This document shows positions 63,797-64,000 of a DNA stretch of 64,000 bases, piece by piece. A model generated the notes under the pieces. It was not told the origin of the DNA and made no database searches. It worked only from the letters and a program-made list of their open reading frames with translations. Positions within the stretch are counted from its first letter, which is position 1; every line of letters starts with the position of its first letter. The stretch is from a virus, in the IMG/VR virus record IMGVR_UViG_3300025009_000094, positions 2,527 through 66,526 of that record, one strand, 5' to 3'. The position numbers were made by a program, and so were the translations under genes.

Positions 63797-64000
63797 TCAA
63801 GGGGTTTGTGGCTTCAATAACTTAAACTTCTGCCGAACATACTCAGGAATAAACGGGTCCAAGTCCCTCTGGAACAACAGGTAAAGATTCAATGATAATC
63901 GATTCGATGAGAAAAAGTAAATAGGGTTGAAGTAATATTGAGTGACGATATCATCCTCGCCAATCTTTACCTCTACCCTAGCAATAATCCTATGTTTAAT
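63797..64000 (-). CDS. partial ORF running off the window
   Basis: open frame IKHRIIARVEV...QYYFNPIYFFSSNRLSLNLYLLF...*. Confidence 0.5.
   Translation of the reverse strand: MKHRIIARVEVKIGEDDIVTQYYFNPIYFFSSNRLSLNLYLLFQRDLDPFIPEYVRQKFKLLKPQTP

Noticed and set aside
1-64000. tRNA, rRNA, integrase, att sites, small terminase subunit
   Set aside because: None recognised by eye; they may lie outside the window or need tRNAscan/HMM searches.

Overview
The window looks like most of a ~64+ kb temperate tailed phage of a Clostridia-like, probably spore-forming, Bacillota host (host assignment is inference from AbrB, sigma-H-like promoter and sporulation-like membrane proteins). Minus strand 3-24.5 kb: Cro-led early/middle operon (antirepressor, Gam, Sak4-like ATPase, O-like initiator with in-gene iterons, DnaB, SSB, RuvC-like resolvase, dUTPase, dCMP deaminase, ThyX-like, C5 methyltransferase, late activator). 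Plus strand 24.7-31.2 kb: cI-like repressor followed by a plasmid-type replicon instead of an integrase (short Rep, 3 palindromic iterons, 2 perfect DnaA boxes, Par-like protein) and an FtsK/SpoIIIE + replication-relaxation + SpoIIIAC-like + SpoIIIAF-like/M23 operon. Minus strand 34-63.5 kb: podovirus-like virion and lysis genes (terminase, portal, scaffold, capsid, 4x-repeated adaptor, nozzle, propeller fibres, ejection proteins, holin, amidase). Most striking: (1) the terminase has a cis intein in Walker A whose stop-free interior is the antisense strand of a complete HNH endonuclease gene, and a naturally split intein in the nuclease motif with a free-standing HNH between the halves; (2) a related antisense HNH splits the methyltransferase 5' end, which is duplicated with a 5-nt TGACC interruption; (3) the candidate sporulation-coupled DNA transfer module. 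All calls come from reading motifs by eye; no database search was run.
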